DNA of 62,792 nucleotides, counting the filler, from Hausera hauseri (taxonomy: Eukaryota): assembly GCA_046269625.1 (NCBI GenBank). It is 12 parts of 12 records of this genome, joined end to end, with 100 filler letters (N's around TTAATTAATTAA, not from the genome) between each part and the next. Parts side by side here need not be neighbours in the genome. Positions count along the whole stretch, not along the records: positions 1 to 4,706 come from JBJURY010467912.1; positions 4,807 to 8,828 come from JBJURY010813310.1; positions 8,929 to 13,815 come from JBJURY010402923.1; 9 more parts are not named here. One strand, given 5' to 3'. Position 1 is the stretch's first letter. Each line of letters opens with the position of its first letter. Below are positions 1 to 11,076 of the stretch, piece after piece. The notes beneath the pieces are model-generated. The model saw only the letters and a program-made list of their open reading frames with translations, searched no databases and had not been told where the DNA came from. A program made the translations under genes and the position numbers.

Positions 1-402
1 TCTAAAATCATCCTCTAAAATCTATAGTTAAGACTAGAGTTTTGTAATTCACACATTCACTGCACGTAGTACCTGCAAGTTAAAATAGTGCAAACATTCT
101 AACGAGAACGTTAGAACTTATCTGCTCTTTTAAAACTATTTTAATTTGAAATTTATTCATTGTCATAGTTGGGTGTTGGATAGGGTCCACATTCAACTGC
201 TAACACTTGTTAGTAGCGTCTAACATGAACTATATCTGTAAATTAGAGAACAATTGTAGCTTGGTCAGTAATCTGTTTGAATCAGCTTCTCGTTTCTTTC
301 TTTAATCATTATTTTTATTAATTTTTAATTAATTTTGATTAATATTATTATCATATTTTCTCAGTGACGTGAGCAGGATTATCCCAAAGAGGGTTACGTA
401 AC
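1..402 (+). repeat. Possible 3' part of an LTR
   Basis: Ends in ...GGTTACGTAACA, a typical LTR terminus. No partner copy in the window. Confidence 0.25.
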
Positions 403-2860
403 AAGTATTACACTACATTAAATTACTTTGCTGGAATTTTATTCCTTAAAAAATATAATGTGACCATTAATAAAAAACAATATTAATTAGTGTTGAGTAT
501 GCAGTAAAATGCTAACTTCCTGGGTCATTTGCTTGACGCATTTATTTCCAACTTCAATGGCTGATCAGATGGTGTTTGTCAACCAAATTAGAAACATTTT
601 CACCAATTTTATTTCTAAATCAATTTATTTGCACTCATTTTTAATTGAATTTATTTACACGATTTACTCGCAATAACTTCAAAAACAATATAAAGAAAAT
701 TATATAATCATGCAAATTATTGCTCAATTTCCCATCATTCATCAGCATAATTTTTTTTTGTTTCATTTGAATAATTTTTCATTGTGAATTGGAAAACTCG
801 ATTTAATCTTGTTATTTCAAATTTTAGGAATCATTTAAAATAAAACTGCATTCGAGTACACGACGACTCTTGCATGCTCTTCTCAGCGGTACTCGGTGTG
901 GCATTGCTGTTGTATTTTAGCGGATACGATCCACTCTCAATTGCACTGCAGAATCAATTGTTCCATTTACGTGTTTTCTCTTTCTTTTGGTAAGCTGCTT
1001 CTTCAAGTGGGTTAGATTTCTTTTGTACTGCATAAACCCAGAGAAAAATTACTGATAAAAAAACAGAAACGACTTCAGGAAATTTATTTGGTTTATGCTT
1101 CATGTACATTTTGAATGTTTAAAAAATTTGTTAATAAAATGAAATTTGAGTTCAGTGTTATTTGCGAATTGTTTAAATAAATTTTTGTGAGTAGAAACGG
1201 TAACAATACACCGTAATTTTTCATTGAGTAATCGATGAGACATCCGTATTTGTGTTGCTGACAGTGTCAGTTTATTGGTCGTTGTCGTAAATTGATTGCT
1301 GACTGGTTTCAGATCATGAACGTCGTCAATACGTTGAATGCAGTAAATGTGAAAATTGTCGAAACATTGTTACACGCACATTTAGATACCGATAAGCCAA
1401 ATTTTATAAGTCCAACATTAAAAGCTGATTGGGAAAATGTATTATTTATTAAATTTCAAAATTATTTTACAAATACAAACTGAGTAAAGAAATCAAATCC
1501 GCTTATTTATGTAAATATAACTTTTGAGAATTTCAAGTTTTAATAATTTATTTACCTTTGTAATGTTAAATGGTGATCAATGATTAGGCATCATATTATT
1601 ATGTGCGCAATAATTTCATATCCATAATCAGACTGTAGCGCATCTAGAGAAAAAACATTCATACACTAAGCATACAAATCATAGTCTGACAATTTGTTGA
1701 TAATTTAAAATTTCACTCTTCTTATTTCAATACTTATGACAAATTTTCAAATCAAAAAAGCCCAATTAAACCCTCTAAATAAAATTCATCCAACCAAAAA
1801 GAAAATTATTCATTAAAATGCTATATGACTATGTAAAATTATTCACAAACTTTAACACATTTCAGAAAATTATCAACATTTTTCAAACTTCTTAATTTTA
1901 CATAAATTTTCTTATGAATACGGAATGATATGAATTCTAATTTGCGACGTCATTCAATATCTTAATACGATTTTGTCCAATTCATTTGTTGACTGTATGA
2001 CATGTCACAACGATATGTTGCGCAACACGCCATTTGAAGAAGCAGTCACACGATTATAAATCGGACGACGAAACAGAAAATTATTTGTTATGTAATCTTG
2101 TACTGCAAAATTATTTATTTTTTCAAACATTTACATCCACCACTAATTTGCGGACTTTGTTTATATGATCCAAAAATAGTTTTGAATGTTGATGAACTCA
2201 GTCGTGCTCTTACTGAGAGTTTGATGAAGCTAATATTTTACATAATTTCGTTTTTCTATTATTTATACACGTAGCCATTTGTTAATTTCATGAATATATA
2301 TTTCTACAGAATGATCTATGTTTACTCAGATTAATTCGAACGAAAATCCAATATCACAAATGTAGCATTAAATTTCGTTTTCCGGAAAAATGAACTTATT
2401 ATTCAACATGATACATTATTTGTTAGCATAACTTGAGATAAATCAATAAATAGATTTGTTTTGCATGGCTTTTGTATCATTTTGGTAATATAGTTAATGC
2501 AAATGATTCGGACCTAAAATATTTGGCAGCATTTTTATTCCACATTGCGTATTAATGTTATTTTAATATTCAATTTTTATTTCCTTGATGTTCTGTCAAT
2601 CTAAAATGTGTTAGTTTAATTCACGATAGCATATTCCATCGTGTATAAATTTTGACTATTCACATGACTGACCACAGACTATATTCGACGAATATTTTTT
2701 TATTTCGTCAGAACAGGGGAAACGTTATAAATCGATTATTAAAAGAGTATTAACTCGAGAAAAGTAAAGAAAAAATTCTGAACCTAGTGGGAAAATTGAA
2801 CAATGCAAAAATTTCACACCTTTCCGAGTTATGGGTAATTTTTACACGTACCTAAAAACC

Positions 2861-3015
2861 ATGCAGTACATGTGCTTCTGTGTATCCACTTAGTGACTGC
2901 GTGTCTCCTATATCCGCCCTATGATTCGTGTATGTGTGTACCGTTTTTTCTACCCCATGACTCATCCGCGAACCAAATCTTTTCTCTTTCCCTGGGGGGG
3001 AGGGTAGAGTCTGAT
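2861..3015 (-). repeat. Diverged inverted repeat, left copy (partner 4152-4305)
   Basis: About 150 bp align by eye to the reverse complement of 4152-4305, sharing GTGTCTCCTA and TTTTTCTACsCCATGACTCATCCG. Confidence 0.8.
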
Positions 3016-3038
3016 CTGGTGTCCACTGAACCGGTTCA

Positions 3039-4133
3039 TCACGAAACCACCGAGGATCGGCAAACCAAGACCGGGGAGAAAGGAATGACGATCAAACGGT
3101 GCTGAAAACCAGAACAAATGCGAGATTGTGGTTGCGGGACATGCTGTTTCACTGTGTATTGATGTGACTTTGACGTGTCAGTAGGTTGAGAACTGGTCTG
3201 TATGTCATTTAGTGTCCTTTCTTGAGTTGATGTTGGTTTTAGAGAAGCAGGTTGAAGTGTAGGTAAATTGCAAGAAGAATTGAAGGAGTCAAGAAAGTTT
3301 GATGTAAACTCAACCGGGGAATCCGGCGTGTCGTTCATGAAGAATGCGGGTTTTACGTTTGTTATGTGCACGTTTTGTTCTTTGTCGTTTTTGAGTATTG
3401 TAACCGTGTGTGAAGTAATATTGAGAACTTTAAAGGGTCCTAAATAGTTCAGTTGGAATCCGGACGGTGAAGGAGTTTTTAACCACACGAACTTTGCATT
3501 AAATAGTGAGTCAGGTAAATATGTTTTTTCACCATGAATTATTTTGCAGAAGGAGTCCTGACTTAACTGGACAAAATGATTTTGTGCAGACCTAATGGTG
3601 TCGTCAGTCGGTGTGTTCGATTAGCTCGAAAAGTGCACTAATTGTAGTGCCGAAAAGTGCTTCAGCAGGTGCGCAACCGGTCATAGTAGACGGTGTGTTG
3701 CGCCACCAAAGTAATACGAAAGAAAGGATGGTGGTCTAGTTCGTATGAGTTTCGGCTAAAATTTTTATGGACATTTAAAGTGTGCGATGAAAACGTTCAC
3801 ATAAGCCTTTCGACTGGAGTGATATGGAGTTGTGTGTATAAGATTTATGCCCAGTCGATTGACTAAAGATTTGTATAGGTTCGATTCAAATTGAGGACCT
3901 TGGTCTGTAATTATATAACGTGGTGAACCAAACCAGCTAATCCAAATCCTTATGAAGGCATAGGCTATGAAGTCTGTGTTGATGAAGTGCAAAGAAACAG
4001 TTTCAGGCCAACTAGAAGCGCGGTCCATCATTGTTAAGATAAATTGGTTGCCGTTATTGGAAGGTAATGGGTCAAGGATATCTCAATGAACTGATTCAAG
4101 GCGGGACGTACAGGGGAAATGAAACAATGGTGG
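3039..4133 (-). pseudogene. pol: Ty3/gypsy (CsRn1-like) integrase fragment, decayed
   Basis: LTMMDRASSWPET, WISWFGSPRYIITDQGPQFES, HTTPYH, YLGPFKV, VHITNVKPAF. Same family as C8 and C12. Confidence 0.9.
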
Positions 4134-4151
4134 AATAGATGGAAGTGAGGA

Positions 4152-4305
4152 CATCAGGCCAACCCCCCGCCCCGCGGCGAAAGCATTAATGTGCTTCACG
4201 GATGAGTCATGGCGTAGAAAAAGGATACACACGTGCACGGTTAATATGGTGTAAATAGGAGACACACAGTCATGAAAGTGATACACACAAACACGCGTCT
4301 TGCAT
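4152..4305 (+). repeat. Diverged inverted repeat, right copy
   Basis: See 2861-3015. Contains an AP-1-like TGAGTCA and a TAAATA..CAGT promoter-like arrangement. Confidence 0.8.
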
Positions 4306-4384
4306 TGATTGTAGGTGGACTTCAAATTTTGAATTTCACGACAAAAATTTATTTGTTTTAATTTCACAAAGTTTTTGTATTATT

Positions 4385-4706
4385 GTGAACAAATTATTTC
4401 AATCAATAGTAATGGAAATAAATGATCAATTGAAGCAATTACAAAATTTTGATGTACTGACAATTTCTGAATTGAGAAGATGGTGGAAAATACATAAGAA
4501 TGATTTAGTTGTAAAAGCCAGGGATTCAGGTTTTCATGCAGGTCTAGCATCAATAACACTGATGACAACAGTAGAGTGTGAATCATTTGAAAAGCTAGTT
4601 AGTGTGCTATATCAAATAAATATATTCCGATTGTCTGATACAAATTATTTTCATACTGTTAAAACGATACGTGCTGAATTAAAGAGTTTGAAAAAGAAAA
4701 TAAAGA
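4385..4706 (+). CDS. Hypothetical protein, truncated by contig end (likely ATG at 4412)
   Basis: Open for more than 100 codons in very AT-rich DNA. No recognisable motif. Confidence 0.4.
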
Positions 4707-4806
4707 NNNNNNNNNNNNNNNNNNNNNNNNNNNNNNNNNNNNNNNNNNNNTTAATTAATTAANNNNNNNNNNNNNNNNNNNNNNNNNNNNNNNNNNNNNN
4801 NNNNNN
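4707..4806. other. Artificial contig linker (first of 11; others at 8829-8928, 13816-13915, 18817-18916, 23728-23827, 27847-27946, 32640-32739, 39365-39464, 48990-49089, 54427-54526, 58674-58773)
   Basis: Identical 44N-TTAATTAATTAA-44N spacer, giving stops in all six frames. Separate plain N gaps occur at 18534-18543 and 19956-20055. Confidence 0.98.
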
Positions 4807-4995
4807 TTAAATAGGTGCTTTGTATTACGGGAGAATTATGCACAAGAGCAATAAGGTCAAATGTATAAAATTCTGCTAAAAGTCATTTAAATAATGTATT
4901 TAAACAAAGAAAATATGCAGAAATCTATCAAAAAATCTCAGAATACTGGATAGTCTGCAAAAGAAATTCGATTTTGTAGACAGTCGCGGTACCGT

Positions 4996-5201
4996 CACCA
5001 GGAACATGGAGCGGGATTGTAACTATGACAACCATATCGATCAATTTAGGTGGCTACCGTTGCCTCGGCCCCTTACCATAGAAACCTGTGAAATCACAAA
5101 ACCACTACTGTTCCTATGGTAACGGTCCCTCGGTAACGGTACACATCTAGATTAATTGAAACGGTTGCCATGTTTACGATTCTGCTCCGCGTTCTTGGTG
5201 A
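4996..5201. mobile_element. Palindromic MITE-like element
   Basis: Imperfect long inverted arms (TCACCAGGAAC...TTACCATAG / CTATGGTAA...GTTCTTGGTGA). Confidence 0.65.
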
Positions 5202-5325
5202 TGCTGCAGGGTTATGGAGGTAGGCCAGAACATACATTTAACTTCTACTATTATAATTTACCAAAATTGTAAAAGATAAACAACTGAAGAATAAAACATT
5301 TTATTAAATAGATTAAAAAGATATT

Positions 5326-5860
5326 TTAAATAAATTGAATATTGTTAAACCCGTCATCTGACAAAGACAAAACTTTTGATTTAATTCTCTTCGCAAAACC
5401 TTTACAATTGTGCGCTTCTTTATAAACATCGTAAGCAATTTTCACTTCCTCCAAACCGATATATTCCATTACAAAATCAAAAGGTGTCTGACAACTAATG
5501 GATTCGATTTCGTTTTTCGAAGGAACAAGCTCCAGATTTTTAATATCATCGGACTTTTGAATAATAATTGCTGTTTCATTTTTCTCTACAAGGTAATAAA
5601 ACTTTTCTCTATTCAAATTATTATTGATTATGTAAGACACTTCAGTTTCGAACAGTAAATAATCGTGAATAAAAACTGCACCAAAAGCTGTTTTAACATC
5701 TATGAAATAATAAAACAGCCAAAAAAAATTTTTCCATTTTACTCTTATTTTGACTCAAAGACGCACTAGATGTACTAAAAGGAAAAAGCTTAGGATCAAT
5801 TGGCCGTTGACGATGCCACACTTTAATAATAGTTTCGTTTTTTACCATTTTCCGCATCTC
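5326..5860 (-). CDS. Multi-exon gene, permuted papain-like (PPPDE/LRAT-type) peptidase-fold protein, 3' exons
   Basis: A 43-nt GT-AG intron at 5700-5742 joins ...SLSQNK to NVKTAFGAVFIHDYLLFETE in frame. Motifs HDYLLFET..YLVEKN..IIIQ and YDVYKEAHNCKGFA put His before Cys. Confidence 0.5.
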
Positions 5861-6287
5861 CTTATATCCATACTTATCGCCATACTCGTCAATATACTCG
5901 ATTCTGATAACGGCTTCTTCCTATAAAAATTATGCATTGAAATGTTTACGGTTACGCATGCGGCAATTCCGAGTGAGATGTCCCATGTCAAATAGTTGTA
6001 AAATTACATAAAATATTTTAATTAAAGAATGACAAATGTTCAGGAAGGTAAGAAAACAATGAAGAAAAACATTAAAAAATTTATCACATAAATCTCTCGT
6101 TTAGGTTTCTTTTGTACATCGAAAAAGATTTCATATTTAAATTTGGCGTAAATTGTTACCTTACAATACGGTAAATGTTCTTTGTAAATAGACAAATATA
6201 ATCTGCACTGAATTTCGGAATTCATTACTGATTGTATAAAGGCAAAATCCAATAAAACATCCACGTCACACTACAATTTCTTAACTA

Positions 6288-6507
6288 CAGGATGGCTGTA
6301 AATTAACACCCGCAAGAAAATAAAAAATTTAAATTTATACGTGTATTTCATTAAATCCAGTTGCAATCAGTTATGTTATTGTAAAATAGAATGGCCCACA
6401 GATATTCTACTTTGCAACAACGGAACTTATGTCAACTGTATTTAATAAAATTCAAGTATAAATTTAAATTTTTATTTTCCCGCGGGCGTTAATTTACAGT
6501 CACCCTG
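6288..6507. mobile_element. Tc1/mariner-type MITE
   Basis: TA|CAGGATGGCTGTAAATTAAC...GTTAATTTACAGTCACCCTG. Almost the whole element is an imperfect palindrome. Confidence 0.75.
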
Positions 6508-6566
6508 TTCTATAATGACGTTTAGAAAAGTCTTGTTTCTTAAACCGTATCTCAGACGTACTAATT

Positions 6567-6804
6567 CAGTGGCGTACGTATGGGGGATTAGTTAGATAAA
6601 TTTAGTTAGATAAAATTCAAATTATTTAGCAGAGTCACTTAATAATTATCGATAGAGCAAATATGATGGTAACTGTTTTTAATCTCATTTTCGTTGAATA
6701 TTAATAATATTAATTATATAATAAAATTAATATTATTCCTGCAATAATTCGTTACGATTTGTAAAATAATCCTCTCCCGAAATAATTTTCTGTGTACGCT
6801 ACTG
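6567..6804. mobile_element. hAT-like MITE
   Basis: Short TIRs CAGTGGCGTAC / GTACGCTACTG. No clear TSD. Confidence 0.45.
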
Positions 6805-7393
6805 ATATTAATAGAATCTAAATGCCACTTCGATCCATTTTCGACGTTTTCCTTATGGGCATTCTTCTCATTTCAATCTTGTTTCTTTATGGTATTACAT
6901 CAAAGTCAAATTTATTTTAATTTAATATTCTGATTTGCGATTTAAAACGTTAAATTCCTCTTCAATTTCATGAGCAGACAGATTTTTGTGGTTACTAGCT
7001 CCTACAGATTTTGACGATCTCTTGGTTTCGTAATTTTCCATTGTCCAATTTCTTTACCACTAAAGGTTCCACTGTTACCATTAAGAAACATTGAAATACA
7101 AGCCTTGCAAACGTCGATTTTGGATTCATTCATATCGTCCAGAAAATAAATTTTCGCACTTTCGAAACATTACAAAATGCACAATTTTGTTTGATGACTG
7201 TGAGGATGAATTCAGGTAATAATTTAATAAATACTAAATTATGCAAAATTTCAAATTGTATTTGTTTGGTTGGTGAAAGTGCGATGTATTTTAAAATTTA
7301 TCAAAATAAGCGAAAAATAAACGTGCATGAAAGTTTGTTTGAAAATTTTGGGGTTTCGAGAACAGAATTGAGAATTGCTCCCTGCTTCGTCTG

Positions 7394-7567
7394 CAACTCG
7401 TGCCATTCACAATTCGTGAAGCTATTTATTAAATACATTTGAAAAGGATTTAGAAACAACATTAACCCTAATATTAACCAATAATTGGTTTCTAAATAAC
7501 TTTAAAACATGTTGAATAAATGACTGGACGAGCTGTGAATAGCATGAATCGTGATTGGCACGAGTTG
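7394..7567. mobile_element. MITE-like inverted repeat
   Basis: CAACTCGTGCCA...TTTAGAAAC / GTTTCTAAA...TGGCACGAGTTG. Confidence 0.5.
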
Positions 7568-7816
7568 GGAGGGTTCCTTACTCCTTAAATTTTGGATATT
7601 CTCATTTATAAAAGGTTTTTGGTGTTTTTCAATACTAATAATGACTGTAAAGATCATTCTTAGTAAACGAACTCATAGTCGAGTACTGGAATGATCGTTT
7701 GAGATACTATTGCAGTAAATACTGATTGAGTAGATTGGGATTGTGGAACAAATATTTTAAGCATAGTAAATCAGTTTATAAGATTCAAAAATCGAATCAA
7801 AACAATAAAGCATACA

Positions 7817-7929
7817 CTTTCTCTAACGGGTGATTTATAATGAGCATGTCCAGAAGCGGCTACTCCAACACTAGCAAGTATACCAATACCAGCGGCTACT
7901 GCAATACCAGAAGTTATTTTCTCAGCCAT
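7817..7929 (-). CDS. Probable first exon encoding a hydrophobic Gly/Ala-rich segment (may belong to the 5326-5860 gene)
   Basis: MAEKITSGIAVAAGIGILASVGVAASGH followed by a GT donor. Splicing phase to the downstream exons not resolved. Confidence 0.3.
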
Positions 7930-9287
7930 CTGAAATATTTTCATTATATTAAATGACAAATAAAACCCCGAAGATACACACTGTGTGGCAATTATGTTCG
8001 TGGACTGAATTTCATTTTGTTTATGCGCACATTAGTCATAAACAGATACAACACAATCACTACTACTGAATACAGCTTGTCAATGCGATTGATTGGACAG
8101 TGTAGCTCGGGCAATTCAACTTCATCTCGAGATTTCATTAAATATGATAAATGCCAGTCTAATGGCGCCACGTGGCAAATATTTTCTGACAAATTATGTG
8201 TGTGGTCTAGTGCATGGGTGGCATTTCACCAATATAAAAATTTACACATTTTTATGAGAGAGAAACTTTTGAATTGTAAATTTTGCACTATCAAATAAAT
8301 GAGTAAGCATTATTCTTTGTATTTATTTAATTTTGAGGATCTTCTGCAATTAAGTAAACCAAGCCTCGTGTTCTGACAGTTGGAGCTATTAGAGTTATTT
8401 AGTATAAAAGTTTTGTCCTTCTGGCATTACTTACTAATATCAGAATTAAACGTTCGCAATAAAGGTTTTGTTCTTGTAGCATTACCTACTAAATTTTGAT
8501 TTGTAATCTAGTTTTCAGTACTTGAAGTTGAGTAGCCCCTACTGTCAGATTGCGTTTGTAAGTAAATAAAATTTTTGGTTCTCACGCCTTATCCTTGTGA
8601 TATTACCTGAAGACGGGTTGTCAAGTCGATTCTTGGCGACTCAGCAAAATCTCTGACCCCGAATAATTTCACGAATAATAGAAATAATCTACATAGTTCG
8701 TGTTTCGAGCTCGCATCGCCTTCCCGATATCAATTGTACATAGATAAATCATTTTTTGATAATAGAATCGTTGATTATTGTTCGTGTATCACCAGTTTTG
8801 AAATCGAACTCACTATAAGGCTAAGACTNNNNNNNNNNNNNNNNNNNNNNNNNNNNNNNNNNNNNNNNNNNNTTAATTAATTAANNNNNNNNNNNNNNNN
8901 NNNNNNNNNNNNNNNNNNNNNNNNNNNNCACCCGGTCTCGAGCCCCAAAGATCGATTTTTGAAAACTCGAAAATCCAATATTATTGATTTTTGCACACTT
9001 GCACAAGTGCTGCACACTTGCACTGTGCACCAATCGATGCGCCTTGATGTGCTCTATCGATTAGCACTTTGTCCCGGTCGATTCGATCAATACTGCACTG
9101 TGTAGCGATCAATAAATGAAAAGTGCAAAAGTGTCCTTAGCAACGGTGCCTAGCGGCACCGTTGCCAGGCACTTTATGGATCGATTGTACACAGTGTGCA
9201 CTATCGATCGGCACATGTGCAAAATCGATTTATCGATTACCCCCTCCACGGGGTGGGCTAGAACTGCAATTTTCCCCCTACTAATAT

Positions 9288-9551
9288 ATGTCCAACAATG
9301 GCAACAGGATGCATCTTCAATTTGAAGATCGAATGCACGCCGTCTTTGCTCAATCGCGTAACGGACGTATTTTGAACGGTAACCTCATGATCGGTGTTAA
9401 GCCGTGCGACGATCCGAATTTTGGCGTTGATCATTGTGACATATCCTCATCAGGTACACCGACAAGCGGCAATGAATCAATGTCACCAAAGCATTCCTTC
9501 GGTGATATAAGAACCATCGTGGACCCAGATCAGACCTCTTCACAACAAAAG
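9288..9551 (+). CDS. NUP35: Nucleoporin NUP35/Nup53 exon (C-terminal half of the MPPN RRM domain)
   Basis: MSNNGNRMHLQF..RNGRILNGNLMIGVKPC resembles NUP35 MSNTGNWMHIRY..KDGRIFGESIMIGVKPC. GT donor at 9552. May be a pseudogenised copy (W>R change, no clear acceptor). Confidence 0.75.
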
Positions 9552-9966
9552 GTAAACATATCAGCTAATCACAGTATAAAGCTATTTATAGGGAAATTTT
9601 GATGAATTCAATTCCCTTTACGATGTAGAAAATTTACTTGTAAATAAAGTAATGAGTACTCATTCGTAACAAAAAATTACAGATGTTATCAAATCAACTA
9701 ATTAATGTTTTGTTAAGGTTTGTTAAAATTTTCGACCGAAATGACAATTAAAAATACTGAAATTTTAAAGATTTTACAAAATAACAAAAACTGCAGAACA
9801 AAAATTGTTTTACACAAACAAAATTTTCAATTCTTACGTACATATAAAAGTCATAAAAATGTCCAACAATTCGACAGAAAAATGAAATATTTGAAAATAG
9901 CAACTTAATCTTCTCCAACAGTTTGATCCAACAATTCGAAAGAGGAAATGAAATAAACTGTGATAT

Positions 9967-10682
9967 TGTCATGATATAGCTTCATGATATAACGGTTATT
10001 GAATATAGCTTCATGATACAACAATTATCGGGTGAAAAAGAAATTAATTGAATATGAGAGAATCGACAGCTTATGTAGTATCTATCGATATATTTGTATA
10101 GAATGTAGCAAATTAATTATCGAATTATAATAGAATATATTGAATCAAATACGATTTGATGATTGTAAATAGAAATGAAAGTGCAAAAAAGAGAAAACTA
10201 ATTGTGTATAATTCAAACAAAAGGCAAACCATAGACGAAGTAAACTATATAATGGGAGAAGATTGAGCAGTAAAGAGAAGAGTGAACTGAGAGAAATTCA
10301 GACGATTTGAATGAGACAAATTGACAATTCATAGACTGATATTGATTCATTGCATTGATCTTCGAAAATTGTACCGTTGTGAAGTTATTAAAGCTTGGTA
10401 AATTTTATTGTTTTCTAAAATACTCGATAATTTCCTTCGCCCCTTAAGGGTGATTTGACCACATTAAGGATAACTTGAAACTTAAACTCTACAGTTAAGA
10501 GATAACATTTAAATTATCGGCACAGGATCGCAAACAATTACAGGCATAGCAATTTTTAAAATCGTTAAGGTACATTCTGTCTATTCAATTACGATAGGCC
10601 GAACCGCATAAGATATCGAATTTTCAAGTGAAAATATTTTTATATAGTGGGAGTTGAATAAGGGCCACCCCAATATATAACA
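9967..10682 (+). repeat. 5' LTR of a Ty3/gypsy element
   Basis: TG...CA ends, TATA-like TATATAA near 10246, directly followed by a PBS. The start position is inferred. Confidence 0.6.
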
Positions 10683-10685
10683 TTT

Positions 10686-10703
10686 TGGCGACCCTAGCAG
10701 GAC
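10686..10703 (+). promoter_or_regulatory. Primer-binding site (probably tRNA-Arg)
   Basis: TGGCGACCCTAGCAGGAC, 3 nt after the LTR CA. Identical 18-mer at 20555. Confidence 0.85.
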
Positions 10704-11076
10704 AGTCTGTACCTCGCTAGCCTTACTATTGAGTTAATTAAAGACATACCGGCGAACAGCGCCATTACACCAAATAAATCGTTATTGTTGAAATCAAAAA
10801 TCAAATTGGGTATATAAGTCTATTTTACGGGGATAAGTAAAGCAAAATTTAATCGAGAACAAGCATTGACAACTCAAAAGCAAACTGTATATTAAACGAT
10901 AATTCACCTATACGTGAGACACGTCGAAACATACAAATACACAAAAAATAGATAAACGTTCAAATTCAGAGAATAGAACCAAATTAGACGCCACTGAGCA
11001 AAATAAGCAATTTAAATTTTCACTTGAGAAGCATAGAAAAACTAAAGCAAATTTAAAACTAAATAACGTAAATAAT

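Noticed and set aside
8330-8828. Possible LTR with PBS-like TGGCGACTCAGC at 8634
   Set aside because: No preceding CA terminus, no second copy and no recognisable gag downstream.
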